Numbered from the stretch's first letter, positions 10,064-21,888 are shown. The stretch: 64,000 bases of DNA from Methanomicrobia archaeon (GCA_011049045.1 DSCO01000061.1:228-64227); one strand, 5' to 3'. Program-made: numbers and translations. The notes: generated by a model from the sequence alone, not told the origin.

Positions 10064-10999
10064 ATGAAGACGGTAGTAACGGGTGGTGCGGGCTTTATTG
10101 GCGCCAATCTTGTCGCCGCATTGCTCCAGGATGGACACGAGGTTCACATTATCGATAATCTCTCGACCGGTAAGCGCGAGAACCTCGTTGAGCTCGTTTC
10201 ACAACCTGATTGCACCTTCATTGATGGTACCGTCACCAATTTGGACCTGTTACGAGCGGTTTTCCGGGATATCGACTGCGTCTTCCATCAAGCGGCGATA
10301 CCCTCGGTGCAGCGCTCGGTCGAAGATCCCCGTGCTACAAACGAGGCAAATGTGAACGGGACGCTGGCAGTCTTAATCGCAGCACGTGATTGCGGCGTGA
10401 AGAAGGTCGTGTATGCATCCTCATCTTCCATCTACGGCGATACTCCCACCCTCCCGAAAACGGAAGAGATGATACCCAATCCGAAATCGCCCTATGCGGT
10501 CACGAAGCTGACGGGCGAATATTATTGCCGGGTCTTCTCCGAGGTGTACGGCTTGAAGACGGTCTCTTTGCGCTACTTCAATGTCTACGGCCCGAAACAG
10601 GATCCTTCTTCCGATTATGCCGCAGTGATACCGCGATTCATCACACGGGCGCTCGAGCAGAGACCACCCATTATCTATGGTGACGGCGCCCAGACGCGGG
10701 ACTTCACGTTTGTCAGGGATGTTGCGCACGCCAATATCCAGTCTATGAAGCAGGAGGTAGAGGGTGTCTTCAATATCGCCTGCGGTGAGCGAATCAGTGT
10801 CAACAAGCTCGCAAGGATCATTATGGAGCTGGTCGGCGTGGACCTCGGGATAATCTACGATGAGCCGCGCTCAGGCGATATCAAGGATTCGCTGGCAGAC
10901 ATCTCGCGGGCGCGGAAAGAACTCGTGTATAATCCGGAGTACTCACTGACCGCGGGTCTGGAGGAAACGATACGCTGGTTCCGAACCGCTCAGACCTGA
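10064..10999 (+). CDS. NAD-dependent nucleotide-sugar epimerase/dehydratase (UDP-glucose/UDP-GlcNAc 4-epimerase family)
   Basis: MKTVVTGGAGFIGANL Rossmann motif, catalytic YAVTK (YxxxK) and SDR-extended fold. The longer ORF starts at 10037, but the start chosen here is at 10064. Confidence 0.8.
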   Translation: MKTVVTGGAGFIGANLVAALLQDGHEVHIIDNLSTGKRENLVELVSQPDCTFIDGTVTNLDLLRAVFRDIDCVFHQAAIPSVQRSVEDPRATNEANVNGTLAVLIAARDCGVKKVVYASSSSIYGDTPTLPKTEEMIPNPKSPYAVTKLTGEYYCRVFSEVYGLKTVSLRYFNVYGPKQDPSSDYAAVIPRFITRALEQRPPIIYGDGAQTRDFTFVRDVAHANIQSMKQEVEGVFNIACGERISVNKLARIIMELVGVDLGIIYDEPRSGDIKDSLADISRARKELVYNPEYSLTAGLEETIRWFRTAQT

Positions 11000-11051
11000 G
11001 AGGCGGTTTTGAGCTTGCTTTGCGGTAGCCGTCGAAGAGCAAATCCGTTAA

Positions 11052-11600
11052 TTAAGAGTCCATGACGAGACCCTGTCTGACTTCTCGCGCTTTCTGCTTG
11101 CCCACCAGGAGCTCCACCAGGCTGATCGCGAATTCGAGCGCGGTTCCTGGACCCCTGCTCGTGACGACGTTACCATCGACGACCACCGGATCGCTGACTG
11201 GTTCAGCCCCAATGAGATTCGCCTCCATCCCGGGAAAGATCGTCGCTCTCTTTCCGCGCACGATACCCAGCTTTCCCAAAATCGAGGGGGCGCCGCAAAT
11301 GGCAGCTACGAGCTTACCCGATTCGTAGGCCTTCGTTACCATCTTCAATACCCGCGCATCTGCTCCGAGGTTGATATAGCCCGGGGAGCCACCGGGTAAG
11401 ATAACGGCATCGAAATCCTCGACCGTGAGCTCATCGAGCTGGCGGTCAGGAATCATTTGAACGCCGCGTGAACCGGCGATAGGGCCCTTCTGCAGGCCTG
11501 CAAGAACAGTCGTTACCCCGGCCCTTCGCAGGGTGTCCACCACACACATTGACTCAATCTCCTCGAATCCGGTCGCTAAAAACAGCAAGGCTTTCACCAT
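11052..11600 (-). CDS. DJ-1/PfpI (ThiJ) family protein
   Basis: 182 aa with an AICGAP nucleophile-elbow motif typical of the DJ-1/PfpI class. Confidence 0.75.
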   Translation of the reverse strand: MVKALLFLATGFEEIESMCVVDTLRRAGVTTVLAGLQKGPIAGSRGVQMIPDRQLDELTVEDFDAVILPGGSPGYINLGADARVLKMVTKAYESGKLVAAICGAPSILGKLGIVRGKRATIFPGMEANLIGAEPVSDPVVVDGNVVTSRGPGTALEFAISLVELLVGKQKAREVRQGLVMDS

Positions 11601-11815
11601 CTCAAAAGACTCACCTACCTACCTACCTTCGCCTTTAGGTATAACCAACGAACCGGAACTAGATATAGATTTAAAGTGAGCGGGGTGTATTGTATATAGC
11701 ACGCGCCCGTAAGGGCCTATAAGAAGCCGCAGATTGCGCTCATCGTGCATCCCTTTCAGGTGTATGCTGGTTTGGAGCAGCATAGTACCCGCGACTGTGG
11801 AAAAAGAGGCGATAA

Positions 11816-12346
<531 letters not shown>

Positions 12347-12628
12347 AGCAGCTACAGGTGGTCAGAGACAGCTAAAACGCCCAAATCAGCCTCCGAATAC
12401 CAGATGTCTGTTACTTTCACCGTCTTTCAACCGGCGTGCCAGGCCAGATAGCCGTCTTTAGGGTGAGCTTCTCGCCGCATTCCGCCAGCAGCCGTATCAG
12501 CTTCCTGCAGCCCGAAGTAACCTGGACACCGGTGCTATTGCTTGGTAGTTCAGCCATGTTTATCACGGTAAAACGGTAATGCGTGGATGCATAATGAGCA
12601 TTTACTGTATCCGAAGCATGGGACTGCA

Positions 12629-15217
12629 TCAAAACCACTGTGTGAGTCTCTTCTGCGCCGTTTCCGTCACCGGGGGTGTATGGAACCCTTCCAGCGTACG
12701 CTGTGCACCCTCTTCGAACGATGAGCGCTCGTATCCGAAGAGCTGCAGCACGCGATGCGCAACCGGGATAATCTGATGCCGGATATAATATTCGCTATCG
12801 ATCTGATAGTCCTGTCCATCTGCGTAGAGCTCAATCCCGTTGCTGCGCTCAATGATATCAACGGGAAACGCGCGATCACTCGTCTTTCCCGATCCTTTTA
12901 TGATGACATAGGGTATCTTCGAGCCCACTTCATAGACGATGCGGGCAGAAGAAGCCGCTGCTCGCGTGGCCGCTACGACGTGGGCCTGCTTCGTTTCGTA
13001 GCCATCAATTCGCCGTGTAAGCGTCTTATGTATGACCAACTCATCTAACGGTATGCTCCCAGCTTTTAACTGCTGGATGATGCCTTTCACGCATTTCATC
13101 GCCTGCTCATGGTCTTTCTCGACCAGGATGAGTTGAATCACCTCGGTCTGTACCGCCTTCGCTAATTCGCACCAGTCGCCACGGCGCACTTCCAGGCCAC
13201 GCACGACGATTTCGCCTTTGTCGGTTAGTGCGGCATAGCGCTTCTTCTTACCCGTGAAGAAGATCGTCCTGAAGAAATCCTGGAGTTCGAGCTCGAGCGG
13301 AAGCTCCTTTGAGATTCGTAATGAAAGCTCGTTCGCCTTCTTCAGCGTCGCTTCACGTCTGGCTGAAGCAGCAGTCGCAGCATTGGTGCCTGCGTTTGCG
13401 AGTTTTGCGAAGATGCTATCCGTATCGCTGTAGATAACCTGGAAGCCCTGCTCTTCTGCCATCTGGATCGCCTGCTTGATGAAGTATCTGCCCCATGCGG
13501 TCGTCGCCTCCGCGCATTCGCGCTTGTAGAACTTCGCGGCACTCCAGCCGGTATAGCCGTAGAAGCTATTGGTGAGTATCTTGATCGTCTGCTGTTGAAT
13601 ATCGAGGATCCGATACTCGGTGCTCGTCCTTTCATGGTGTTTCATCGCCTGCTTAAGTGCTCGTCTTCGGGTGATCAGGTCGCTCATGATGCTCTTGAAG
13701 AAGCCCTCCGGTTCCTTTTTGAAGGCATGACCTACCTCAGGTGCGCGATAGAGTTCTTCGTCTTCCGCAGGAACAGCCACGTAGGTGTCTGGCGAGACGT
13801 TAAAGGAGATCATTATGGTTGGATACATCGAGGAGAAGTCGAGCGCGATGACATCTTCATGCAAGCCTTGCTCGGGTTGAAAGACAAACGCGCCCTCGAA
13901 GGTCTTCTCCGTTCCACCCTTGGCCGGCACGAGTTCGTTCCGTTTGAACGCCTCTGCGGTCAGAAATGCTTCCACCTGACGACCCCGACCCATTTTGGCG
14001 ACGTCATCCAGCGGATAGCCGACCATCCGGGCAAGCTCGATCTGCAGCGGGAGCATCTGTTCTGCGATACCAAGGGTGCTCACCACATCTGCTTTCGCGT
14101 ACTCGTAGAGCCGCTCGCGTACTGCTGCAGCGAACCAGCATTCGTTAATTTCGCGTGGTGACAAGTCCACACGCTCGCTCTTCAGCATCACGCCGAGGAA
14201 GTCCGCGACATTCTCCAGCGTCTTCACCTTTACGCTCCCCAGGTCGCGTTTGGCGAGCTTAAAAAGATCTACGTTCAGTCTGCCCGCGATATTGAGACCC
14301 GGCAACATCCCGCCTCGATCGAACTGGATCGTGCTGCCATCAGCGCCCACGGTTAATCGAATGCCGTGCATTCTAGCCCGTTCATGGATATACGGCCAAT
14401 CAAAGGCGTCAGAATTGTAGCCCACGATGATCTCTGGCGCACGGTCACGGATATAGTCCAGAAATTCGCGGAGTACCCGCGCATCGTCCCCTGCCTCGAA
14501 TTCATCGTCACGCAACACGAATAACTGCGACGTGCAGGTCTCGACGTCAGAACAGGCAACGGCGATAATGACGATCGGATCACGGCTCGGTGAAGGCATA
14601 CCGTGTCCACCTCTTGTCACCATCTCGCAGTCGAATGCGAGCACCTTAAGCGCGGGCAGCTCGGTGCCGCTCATTGCTTTATACTCAACGTGATCAGCAC
14701 GAATTGCCGTTCTCCCACCGGTGTTCTGGTGATCTGTCTCGATCACTTCACCGGTCACGTGCACGCCGTCAAAGGGTCTGAGACCTTTATCGATCAGGTA
14801 ACGAATGGCGAAGAGGATGTCGGCCTCTAGAGCAATAAGCCCACATTTGCGCACTTCCTCGCGGAGCACTGGCACGTCGCGCGGCAGTGCGGTCACGATT
14901 TTATAGCAGTTCCTGGTAGCCCCCAGCAACTTCTTCTGACAGTACTCTACACGTTTAACGCGAATCTCCTCATCGTTTCTGAACGCTACAAGCCCCTCTA
15001 CCAGGCTCTTTGACTCTTCCAGATCTACCTGGCGACCGTACACGGACGGGTAGTTGTGCGAGAGCGCATAGAAATACGGCTCGAACGTGCCATCGAGGAT
15101 CACGAAATCTTCAGCGTCCGTGCTCTTGCACCACAGCCGAATCACCGGCTTTTCAACGCCTGCTGCGTCCTTTTCCACGAGATAATCAGCGTCCAGTAAA
15201 AAACCCTCTTTCTCCAT
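12629..15217 (-). CDS. polB: Family B DNA polymerase
   Basis: N-terminal FLLDADYLVEKD, exo motifs (LAFDCEM, YNSDAFDWPY), polymerase motifs (region II around SFYGY; YSDTDS) and K(x)3 region. The likely start is MEKEGF at 15217 rather than the ORF-track start at 15328. Confidence 0.88.
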   Translation of the reverse strand: MEKEGFLLDADYLVEKDAAGVEKPVIRLWCKSTDAEDFVILDGTFEPYFYALSHNYPSVYGRQVDLEESKSLVEGLVAFRNDEEIRVKRVEYCQKKLLGATRNCYKIVTALPRDVPVLREEVRKCGLIALEADILFAIRYLIDKGLRPFDGVHVTGEVIETDHQNTGGRTAIRADHVEYKAMSGTELPALKVLAFDCEMVTRGGHGMPSPSRDPIVIIAVACSDVETCTSQLFVLRDDEFEAGDDARVLREFLDYIRDRAPEIIVGYNSDAFDWPYIHERARMHGIRLTVGADGSTIQFDRGGMLPGLNIAGRLNVDLFKLAKRDLGSVKVKTLENVADFLGVMLKSERVDLSPREINECWFAAAVRERLYEYAKADVVSTLGIAEQMLPLQIELARMVGYPLDDVAKMGRGRQVEAFLTAEAFKRNELVPAKGGTEKTFEGAFVFQPEQGLHEDVIALDFSSMYPTIMISFNVSPDTYVAVPAEDEELYRAPEVGHAFKKEPEGFFKSIMSDLITRRRALKQAMKHHERTSTEYRILDIQQQTIKILTNSFYGYTGWSAAKFYKRECAEATTAWGRYFIKQAIQMAEEQGFQVIYSDTDSIFAKLANAGTNAATAASARREATLKKANELSLRISKELPLELELQDFFRTIFFTGKKKRYAALTDKGEIVVRGLEVRRGDWCELAKAVQTEVIQLILVEKDHEQAMKCVKGIIQQLKAGSIPLDELVIHKTLTRRIDGYETKQAHVVAATRAAASSARIVYEVGSKIPYVIIKGSGKTSDRAFPVDIIERSNGIELYADGQDYQIDSEYYIRHQIIPVAHRVLQLFGYERSSFEEGAQRTLEGFHTPPVTETAQKRLTQWF

Positions 15218-15482
15218 GCTCGTTCGGTTTGCGGAAGCTCTAAGCGCAAATGAGTGATCGTTGCCGCTGTTTGTTTGTATCTTACCACTGCACTCACTTA
15301 AATTAAATGGTTCAAGCGCATCGTTCACGCAATATGCGCGCGCGGTGCGTCACGAGGGATGACGGCGTCCTGAAGCTCCGCAGCGCTAAAACTTCTTTTG
15401 CCTGCAGCCGTTATGTACAGTACGTAATCAGTATCTGTCAGACAGACTGTGGCAGATAGTGTACGGGGAGAACTCGACGAGG

Positions 15483-16721
15483 ATGGCTGAGAAGACCATA
15501 TACATCATTGACGTGACCAATAGAGACGGGGTGCAGACCTCGCGATTGGGGTTAGCGAAGCTGGAGAAGACCATGCTGAACCTCTACCTGGACGAGATGG
15601 GTGTGTTCCAGAGTGAGTTCGGCTTCCCGACCACACGGCACGAGACGAACTATCTGAATGCGAATCTCGATCTTGCAGAGATCGGTGCGCTGAAGCGTAT
15701 TTGGCTGAGTGGGTGGCTCCGGGCAGTGCGAGAGGACGTAGAGGAAGCGTTCAGGCTGGTACCGGAGCTGAAGCACGTCAACTTGAGCATCTCGACCTCA
15801 CCGCAGATGATCGAAGGCAAGTTCAGGGGCAAATATGGATGGCAGGACATCGTGGCACTGATGTGTGATGCGGTGGACGCAGCCAAAGAGCACGGTGCAC
15901 AAACTATAGGGGTCAATGCCGAGGACGCATCGCGAACCGAGCTCGCGCAGTTGCTCGAATTTGCCGTAGCGGCACGGGAGCACGGCGCGGACCGGATACG
16001 CTACTGCGATACGCTCGGGTATGATGATCCCTTTACCATCTATGTGAAGATCAGAGCGCTCGCCGAGGCGGTCAAGATCCCCATCGAAGTGCACTGCCAT
16101 AACGATCTGGGCATGGCGGTCGCTTGCTCCATTGCAGGCGCAAAGGGCGCGATCGATGCGGGTGTCGATGCGTATGTCACGACGACCGTGAATGGATTGG
16201 GGGAACGAGCGGGTAATGCGGACCTTGTTTCAACGATCCTCGCGGTGCAGAAATCCAGCGGGTTTGCCCGCACATACTATTTGGACGAGCATATCGATTT
16301 GAGCCACGCGTGGAAGATCTGCAACTATGCCTCGCTCTCTTTCCGTGTACCGATCCCCGTGAATCAACCGGCCATCGGTGCGAATGCGTTCGCGCATGAA
16401 TCGGGTATTCACGCGGACGGTGCGCTGAAGGACAGCAGAAACTATGAGTTGTACGATTTCACGGAGGTTGGCCGAGGCCACATTGAGCTGATCGAGACTG
16501 GCCGGCTGATAACGACCGGCGAATACTCCGGCATTACGGGGTTCCAGAACGTTGCGGGTAAGTGTGAATTGCGATTCCGGAACGAAGATGAGGCGCGGGA
16601 GATCCTCGAACTCGTCCGGTACGCAAACGTGCACACCCAGAAGCCGGTGACGGAGGACGAGATGAAGTTCATCGCGAAGTATCCACGGCATGCAAAGCTG
16701 ATCATGTCCGTGCAGCCATAA
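15483..16721 (+). CDS. HMGL-family 2-oxoacid/acetyl-CoA condensing enzyme (homocitrate synthase / Re-citrate synthase / citramalate synthase-like)
   Basis: DRE-TIM barrel signatures: [11 protein letters not shown] at the N-terminus, [11 protein letters not shown] and [12 protein letters not shown]. Lies immediately upstream of aconitase. Confidence 0.75.
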   Translation: MAEKTIYIIDVTNRDGVQTSRLGLAKLEKTMLNLYLDEMGVFQSEFGFPTTRHETNYLNANLDLAEIGALKRIWLSGWLRAVREDVEEAFRLVPELKHVNLSISTSPQMIEGKFRGKYGWQDIVALMCDAVDAAKEHGAQTIGVNAEDASRTELAQLLEFAVAAREHGADRIRYCDTLGYDDPFTIYVKIRALAEAVKIPIEVHCHNDLGMAVACSIAGAKGAIDAGVDAYVTTTVNGLGERAGNADLVSTILAVQKSSGFARTYYLDEHIDLSHAWKICNYASLSFRVPIPVNQPAIGANAFAHESGIHADGALKDSRNYELYDFTEVGRGHIELIETGRLITTGEYSGITGFQNVAGKCELRFRNEDEAREILELVRYANVHTQKPVTEDEMKFIAKYPRHAKLIMSVQP

Positions 16722-16795
16722 CACCGGTGTGTCTGCTCGCGGAAAATATCGAAAATTTGATATAGGCGGGCCCAGTTATTTACAACGGGATTACC

Positions 16796-18715
16796 ATGTC
16801 AGGAACCGTTACGGAAAAAATACTCGACACACATATTGTCGAGGGCACACGAGCCCCGGGTGAAGAGGTTGCGCTGAAGATCGATCAGACGCTTACTCAG
16901 GACGCAACTGGCACGATGGCGTACTTACAGTTCGAGGCCATCGGGATCCCGCGCGTGAAAACGGAGCTCAGTGTGAGTTACGTGGATCACAACACGCTAC
17001 AGACGGACTTCAAGAACCCTGATGACCACCGGTACCTCCAATCCGTAGCCATGAAGTACGGTTTGTTCTTCTCACGGCCCGGAAACGGCATCTGTCATCA
17101 ACTCCATCTTGAGCGGTTCGCACGACCCGGTAAGACGCTCATTGGGTCAGACAGCCACACACCAACGGCCGGTGGGATCGGCTCGTTCGCGCTCGGTGCC
17201 GGCGGGCTGGACGTCGCGGTGGCGATGGCCGGTCTGCCGTATCGGATCAAGTATCCGGAGATCGTGGGCGTGAAGCTCACCGGAAAGCTTGCGGACTGGG
17301 TTTCGGCCAAGGATGTCATCCTGGAAGTGCTCCGCAGGATCGACGTGAAGGGTGGCGTCGGCAAGGTGCTGGAGTACTTCGGGCCGGGGGTGAAGACACT
17401 GAGCGTCCCGGAACGCGCGACGATAACGAATATGGGCACCGAAACAGGCGCGACCACCAGCGTCTTCCCTAGCGACGTGGAGACCAAATCCTTTATGGAC
17501 GCACAGGCACGCGGAGATCAGTGGATTCCGCTCGTTGCCGATGCCGATGCGGCATACGATGAGCTCATAGAACTTGATTTGAGCGATGTGGAGCCGCTGG
17601 TTGCCCTTCCGCACAGCCCGGGCAACGTGAAACCGGTACGAGAAGTCGCGGGGTTAGAGGTGCAGCAGGTCGCGATAGGCTCCTGCACGAACTCGTCACT
17701 GCGCGATCTGAAAATCGTCGCGAATATTCTGATGGGAAAGACCCTCGCCCAGAATCTACACCTCACCATCAATCCCGGCTCACGGCAGGTAGTCGAGCAC
17801 CTGATAGCGAGCAACGAGCTGCAGTATCTCGTCGCGGCCGGTGCGCGCATGCTGGAGAACGCTTGCGGGCCCTGCATCGGCATGGGTGCCGCACCGTCCT
17901 CGCACGGCACGTCGGTGCGCACCTTTAACCGTAACTTTGAAGGGCGGAGCGGTACGAAGGACGCGGACGTGCTCCTGGTGAGCCCTGAGGTAGCCGCGGC
18001 CACGGCGATCACGGGCGTACTCACCGATCCGCGCGATCTTGGCGCATATCCACGCATAGAGATGCCGCAGCGGTTTATTATTAATGATAACCTATTCATC
18101 TCACCGCTCCCGCCTGATGAGGCAGCCCGGGTTGAAATTATTCGAGGTCCGAACATCAAGCCGCTGCCGGATTTCCCACCGCTACCCGAGACGCTCCACG
18201 GCGAGGTGCTCATCAAGGTCGGCGATAATATCACCACAGACCACATCATGCCTGCGGGGGCGAAGATCCTCCCGCTCCGAAGCAACATCCCTGCGATCTC
18301 GCAGTATGTCTTTGAAGTGATCGATCCCGAGTTCCCGGTACGGGCACTGGAGAGGGGCGGAGGATTCATCATAGGCGGCGAGAACTACGGCCAGGGCTCG
18401 AGCAGGGAGCACGCGGCGCTTGCACCTAAATACCTGGGTATTAAGGCTGTGATCGTCAAATCGTTTGCACGCATTCATTTAGCGAATCTCATTAACTTCG
18501 GCATCGTGCCGTTGACCTTTGCGGATCCTAGGGACTATGAGTCCATCGCGCAGGGCGATGCAGTAGAGGTACTCATCGGGGATCTACGGAGCAACGTGCG
18601 GCTCAGGAATCTAACGAAAGGTACTGAGATTGGGCTTACACATACGCTCTCGCAGGGTGATGCTGAGATCTTGAAGTCCGGGGGAAAACTGCCCTGGGTC
18701 AAGACGAAGCTCTGA
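16796..18715 (+). CDS. acn: Aconitate hydratase (single-chain, 4-domain aconitase)
   Basis: 639 aa. Fe-S cluster ligand region (IGSCTNSS, ENACGPCIGM) and C-terminal swivel-domain motifs. Confidence 0.85.
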   Translation: MSGTVTEKILDTHIVEGTRAPGEEVALKIDQTLTQDATGTMAYLQFEAIGIPRVKTELSVSYVDHNTLQTDFKNPDDHRYLQSVAMKYGLFFSRPGNGICHQLHLERFARPGKTLIGSDSHTPTAGGIGSFALGAGGLDVAVAMAGLPYRIKYPEIVGVKLTGKLADWVSAKDVILEVLRRIDVKGGVGKVLEYFGPGVKTLSVPERATITNMGTETGATTSVFPSDVETKSFMDAQARGDQWIPLVADADAAYDELIELDLSDVEPLVALPHSPGNVKPVREVAGLEVQQVAIGSCTNSSLRDLKIVANILMGKTLAQNLHLTINPGSRQVVEHLIASNELQYLVAAGARMLENACGPCIGMGAAPSSHGTSVRTFNRNFEGRSGTKDADVLLVSPEVAAATAITGVLTDPRDLGAYPRIEMPQRFIINDNLFISPLPPDEAARVEIIRGPNIKPLPDFPPLPETLHGEVLIKVGDNITTDHIMPAGAKILPLRSNIPAISQYVFEVIDPEFPVRALERGGGFIIGGENYGQGSSREHAALAPKYLGIKAVIVKSFARIHLANLINFGIVPLTFADPRDYESIAQGDAVEVLIGDLRSNVRLRNLTKGTEIGLTHTLSQGDAEILKSGGKLPWVKTKL

Positions 18716-18743
18716 AAGAGGAGAGAAGAGGAGGGAGTAAAAG

Positions 18744-20021
18744 ATGGCGCAACGTGGTATTAGAGAGTATGACGCGAAGCGGATTTTGGCCCGTCATATA
18801 GAGCGGTTTTCGGGCGGAACGGTCATTTACCAGGGAAAAGTCGCTCTGGTGACACCGGAGCAGAGCATCGAAGCACTGAGTAAAGAGCAGCCCTGGCTAA
18901 AGACAGAAAAACTGACGGTGAAGCCCGACCAGCTCTTTGGTAAACGTGGCAAACACGGGCTCCTGCTGGTGGAAGTAGACTATGACGAGGCGAAGCGATG
19001 GCTCGCGGAGAAGATGAACACTGAAGTGACGGTGGGTAACTCCCGGGGTAAGCTGACGCATTTCCTCGTCCAGCCCTACATTGAGCTGGCGAAGGAGTAT
19101 TACCTGGCATTCGCCGGTCATCGTGGCGGCGACTACATCCATTTCTCGACTGCCGGTGGCATGGACATCGAAGCGAACTGGGATAAAGTTACCACCGTCA
19201 CGGTGCCCATTGCTGCGACGATTGAGGACGTTGATCTCACCCCAATCCTTGAGTTCGTGCGCGATGAGGACAGAGCTGCACTCAGGAACGTCGTAGCCGC
19301 GCTCTTCCGGTTCTATCGCGAGCTGCACTTCGGGTTTCTAGAGTACAATCCGTTCACCTGTACGGGCAGCGAGTTCCGGCCGGTTGATACCGTGGCGCGA
19401 TTGGACGATACCGCGCAGTTCCTCTGCTCCGAGGACTGGGGCGAGGTTGAGTTCCCTGTTCCTTTCGGCCGCGAATTGCGCGCGGAGGAGCAGTACATAA
19501 AGCAACTGGATGAGAAGAGCGGATCGTCACTGAAACTGACGATACTCAACCCTCAGGGGCGCGTATGGACGATGGTCGCCGGTGGCGGCGCCAGCGTGAT
19601 TTACGCAGACACCGTTGTTGATCTGGGGCTTGGCGATGAGCTGGCAAACTATGGCGAATACAGCGGCAATCCCACGACGGACGAGACTTACGAGTACGCG
19701 AAGACGCTGCTCGATCTCATGACGCGTGAGAAATCGGAGACCGGGAAGGTTCTGATCATCGGTGGTGGGATAGCGAACTTCACGGACGTGGCGAAGACCT
19801 TTGACGGAATCATCATGGCGCTGGAGCAGTACGCGGCGAAGCTCAAGGAGCATGGCATCAAGATCTACATTCGGCGTGGCGGGCCGAACTACGAGGCGGG
19901 CCTGGCGAAGATTCGCGCGGCCGGCGAGCGGCTGGAGCTCGATATGGCAGTGCACGGTCCTGACATGCACATGACGAAAGTGGTGAGTATCGCCTTGGCT
20001 GATTTAAAGGAGGTTGCTTAG
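18744..20021 (+). CDS. aclB: ATP-citrate lyase beta subunit (ATP-grasp, AclB-like)
   Basis: 425 aa. MAQRGIREYDAKRIL N-terminus, SucC-like ATP-grasp fold and CoA-ligase C-terminal region. Overlaps the aclA start by 8 nt, which suggests translational coupling. Confidence 0.75.
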   Translation: MAQRGIREYDAKRILARHIERFSGGTVIYQGKVALVTPEQSIEALSKEQPWLKTEKLTVKPDQLFGKRGKHGLLLVEVDYDEAKRWLAEKMNTEVTVGNSRGKLTHFLVQPYIELAKEYYLAFAGHRGGDYIHFSTAGGMDIEANWDKVTTVTVPIAATIEDVDLTPILEFVRDEDRAALRNVVAALFRFYRELHFGFLEYNPFTCTGSEFRPVDTVARLDDTAQFLCSEDWGEVEFPVPFGRELRAEEQYIKQLDEKSGSSLKLTILNPQGRVWTMVAGGGASVIYADTVVDLGLGDELANYGEYSGNPTTDETYEYAKTLLDLMTREKSETGKVLIIGGGIANFTDVAKTFDGIIMALEQYAAKLKEHGIKIYIRRGGPNYEAGLAKIRAAGERLELDMAVHGPDMHMTKVVSIALADLKEVA

Positions 20022-21888
20022 CATGGCCAAGCCGGATTATGTGTTGTTTGATAGGAATACGACCGCAATCGTATTTGGCAACCAGCAAGCGGCGGTGCAG
20101 CGGATGCTCGACTTCGACTATCTCGCGGGGCGCGAGAAGCCCTCTGTTGCGGCCGTTATCAATCCCAGTGGCGGGCGCCGGGAGTACATGAAAGTCTTCT
20201 TTGGCAGTCAGGAGATCATGATCCCCGTGTACAATACGCTCGAGGCGGCCGTCGCGGAATACCCTGATGCGGACGTGGTTGTCAATTTTGCCTCATCCCG
20301 CTCGGCGTACACCGTCTCACGTGAGGTGCTCATGTGCCCGACGATCAAGACGCTCGCTATCATTGCCGAAGGTGTACCCGAACGGCAAACCCGGGAGCTC
20401 ATTGCGCTAGCACAGCAGCAGGGCAAATGGATCATCGGACCGGCGACCGTGGGCGGGTTTGTCCCCGGCGCGTTCAAGATCGGTAATGCCGGTGGCGCGC
20501 TCTCCAACCTCATCATGTCGAAACTGTACCGACCAGGGAGTGTTGGCTTCGTCTCCAAGTCGGGCGGTATGCTGAACGAGATGGCGAATATGATCTCGCT
20601 GAACTCGGACGGTGTGTATGAAGGCATAGCAATTGGCGGCGATAAGTACCCCGGTTCAACGCTGATAGAGCACCTGCTGCGGTATGAGGCGAATCCGAAG
20701 ATCAAGCTGATGGTCGTGCTCGGCGAAGTCGGTGGCCGGGACGAGTACGAGATCGTAGCTGCTTTGAAGGCCAGTAAAATAACGAAACCCGTGATCGCCT
20801 GGGTTACCGGAACGTCGGCGAAGATCTTCCCCACCGAGGTGCAGTTCGGCCATGCGGGCGCGATGGCACGCGGCGCTGCTGAAACAGCGGATGCGAAGAA
20901 CGCGGCACTGAAGGAGGCAGGCGCGTTGGTGCCGAACTCCTATGATGATTTCGATGACCTGATTCGAACGGTCTATGAGGATCTTAAGGCCAGCGGCGTG
21001 ATAGAGGAGCGGGCTGATGTGGAGCCGCGCGCAATACCGGAGGATTACGACCCGAAGAGCATGCGGCGGCCGACCAATATCGTGAGCACCATCTCGGACG
21101 ATCGAGGCGAGGAGCTGGTCTACGCGGGCGTGCCCATAAGCAAAGTCATTCGTGAAGGCTTCAGCCTGGGCGATGTGATCTCGCTGCTGTGGTTCAAGAG
21201 GCGTTTGCCGAAGTACGTCACCGACTTCTTAGAGCTGGCGTTACGAATAACGGCGGATCACGGGCCCTGTGTGAGCGCAGCGCATAACGCGATAGTTACC
21301 GCGAGCGCAGGCAGGGACCTGACCGCTGCGGTAGCATCCGGTGTGCTGACCATTGGGCCGCGATTCGGGGGCGCAATCGATGATGCAGCCCGGTACTTCA
21401 AGGACGCGCGTGAGCGGGGCTTAACCGCGCGACAATTCGTCGACGAGATGAAAGCCAGGAACATCAATATACCGGGGATCGGCCATCGCGTGAAGAGCGT
21501 GCAGAATCCTGATATGCGCGTCAAACTGCTCGAGGAGTGGGCGTTTACGAACCTTCCGAAGCACGAGCTGCTCGACTTCGCGCTCGACGTGGAGCAGATA
21601 ACGACCGCGAAGCGGAACAATCTCATCTTGAACGTGGACGGGTGTGTCGGGATCGTCTTCGTCGATATTTTGCACTCGACCGGTATTTACAGCGAGGAGG
21701 AGATCGATGAGATCATCAGCATCGGCACACTCAACGGCATCTTCGTCCTGGGCCGTACGATCGGGATGATCGGGCATTATTTGGACCAGAAGCGGCTCCA
21801 CTCACGTTTGTACCGGCATCCCTGGGACGACGTGCTGTATATGCTGCCCGAGGAGGAGGATGTGCTGAAATACCGGGGATCTGACTGA
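20014..21888 (+). CDS. aclA: ATP-citrate lyase alpha subunit (CoA-binding/phosphohistidine domain + citrate-synthase-like domain, AclA-like)
   Basis: Phosphohistidine motif FPTEVQFGHAGAMA. C-terminal domain DHGPCVSAAHNAIVTASAGRDL...GPRFGGAID...GIGHRVKSVQNPDMRV...LILNVDGCVGIVFVDIL matches the citryl-CoA-lyase/CS-like domain of ACL. Confidence 0.8.
   Translation: MLSMAKPDYVLFDRNTTAIVFGNQQAAVQRMLDFDYLAGREKPSVAAVINPSGGRREYMKVFFGSQEIMIPVYNTLEAAVAEYPDADVVVNFASSRSAYTVSREVLMCPTIKTLAIIAEGVPERQTRELIALAQQQGKWIIGPATVGGFVPGAFKIGNAGGALSNLIMSKLYRPGSVGFVSKSGGMLNEMANMISLNSDGVYEGIAIGGDKYPGSTLIEHLLRYEANPKIKLMVVLGEVGGRDEYEIVAALKASKITKPVIAWVTGTSAKIFPTEVQFGHAGAMARGAAETADAKNAALKEAGALVPNSYDDFDDLIRTVYEDLKASGVIEERADVEPRAIPEDYDPKSMRRPTNIVSTISDDRGEELVYAGVPISKVIREGFSLGDVISLLWFKRRLPKYVTDFLELALRITADHGPCVSAAHNAIVTASAGRDLTAAVASGVLTIGPRFGGAIDDAARYFKDARERGLTARQFVDEMKARNINIPGIGHRVKSVQNPDMRVKLLEEWAFTNLPKHELLDFALDVEQITTAKRNNLILNVDGCVGIVFVDILHSTGIYSEEEIDEIISIGTLNGIFVLGRTIGMIGHYLDQKRLHSRLYRHPWDDVLYMLPEEEDVLKYRGSD

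Noticed and set aside
12417-12638. 73-aa ORF overlapping the polB stop codon
   Set aside because: No recognisable family and no obvious RBS. May be spurious, though translational coupling to polB cannot be excluded.
15483-16721. Possibility that the HMGL-family gene is AksA (coenzyme B biosynthesis)
   Set aside because: Flanking genes are TCA-type (single-chain aconitase, 406-aa NADP-IDH, ATP-citrate lyase), not the LeuC/LeuD/IPMDH-like AksD/E/F set. It is kept as a generic condensing enzyme with a Re-citrate synthase hypothesis.
17518-18372. 284-aa ORF antisense to aconitase
   Set aside because: Antisense shadow ORF. The aconitase frame carries all the conserved motifs.
18744-21888. Alternative reading of aclB/aclA as succinyl-CoA synthetase beta/alpha
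   Set aside because: The 624-aa subunit carries a C-terminal citrate-synthase-like domain (…GIGHRVKSVQNPDMRV…LILNVDGCVGIVFVDIL) found in ATP-citrate lyase and not in SucD.
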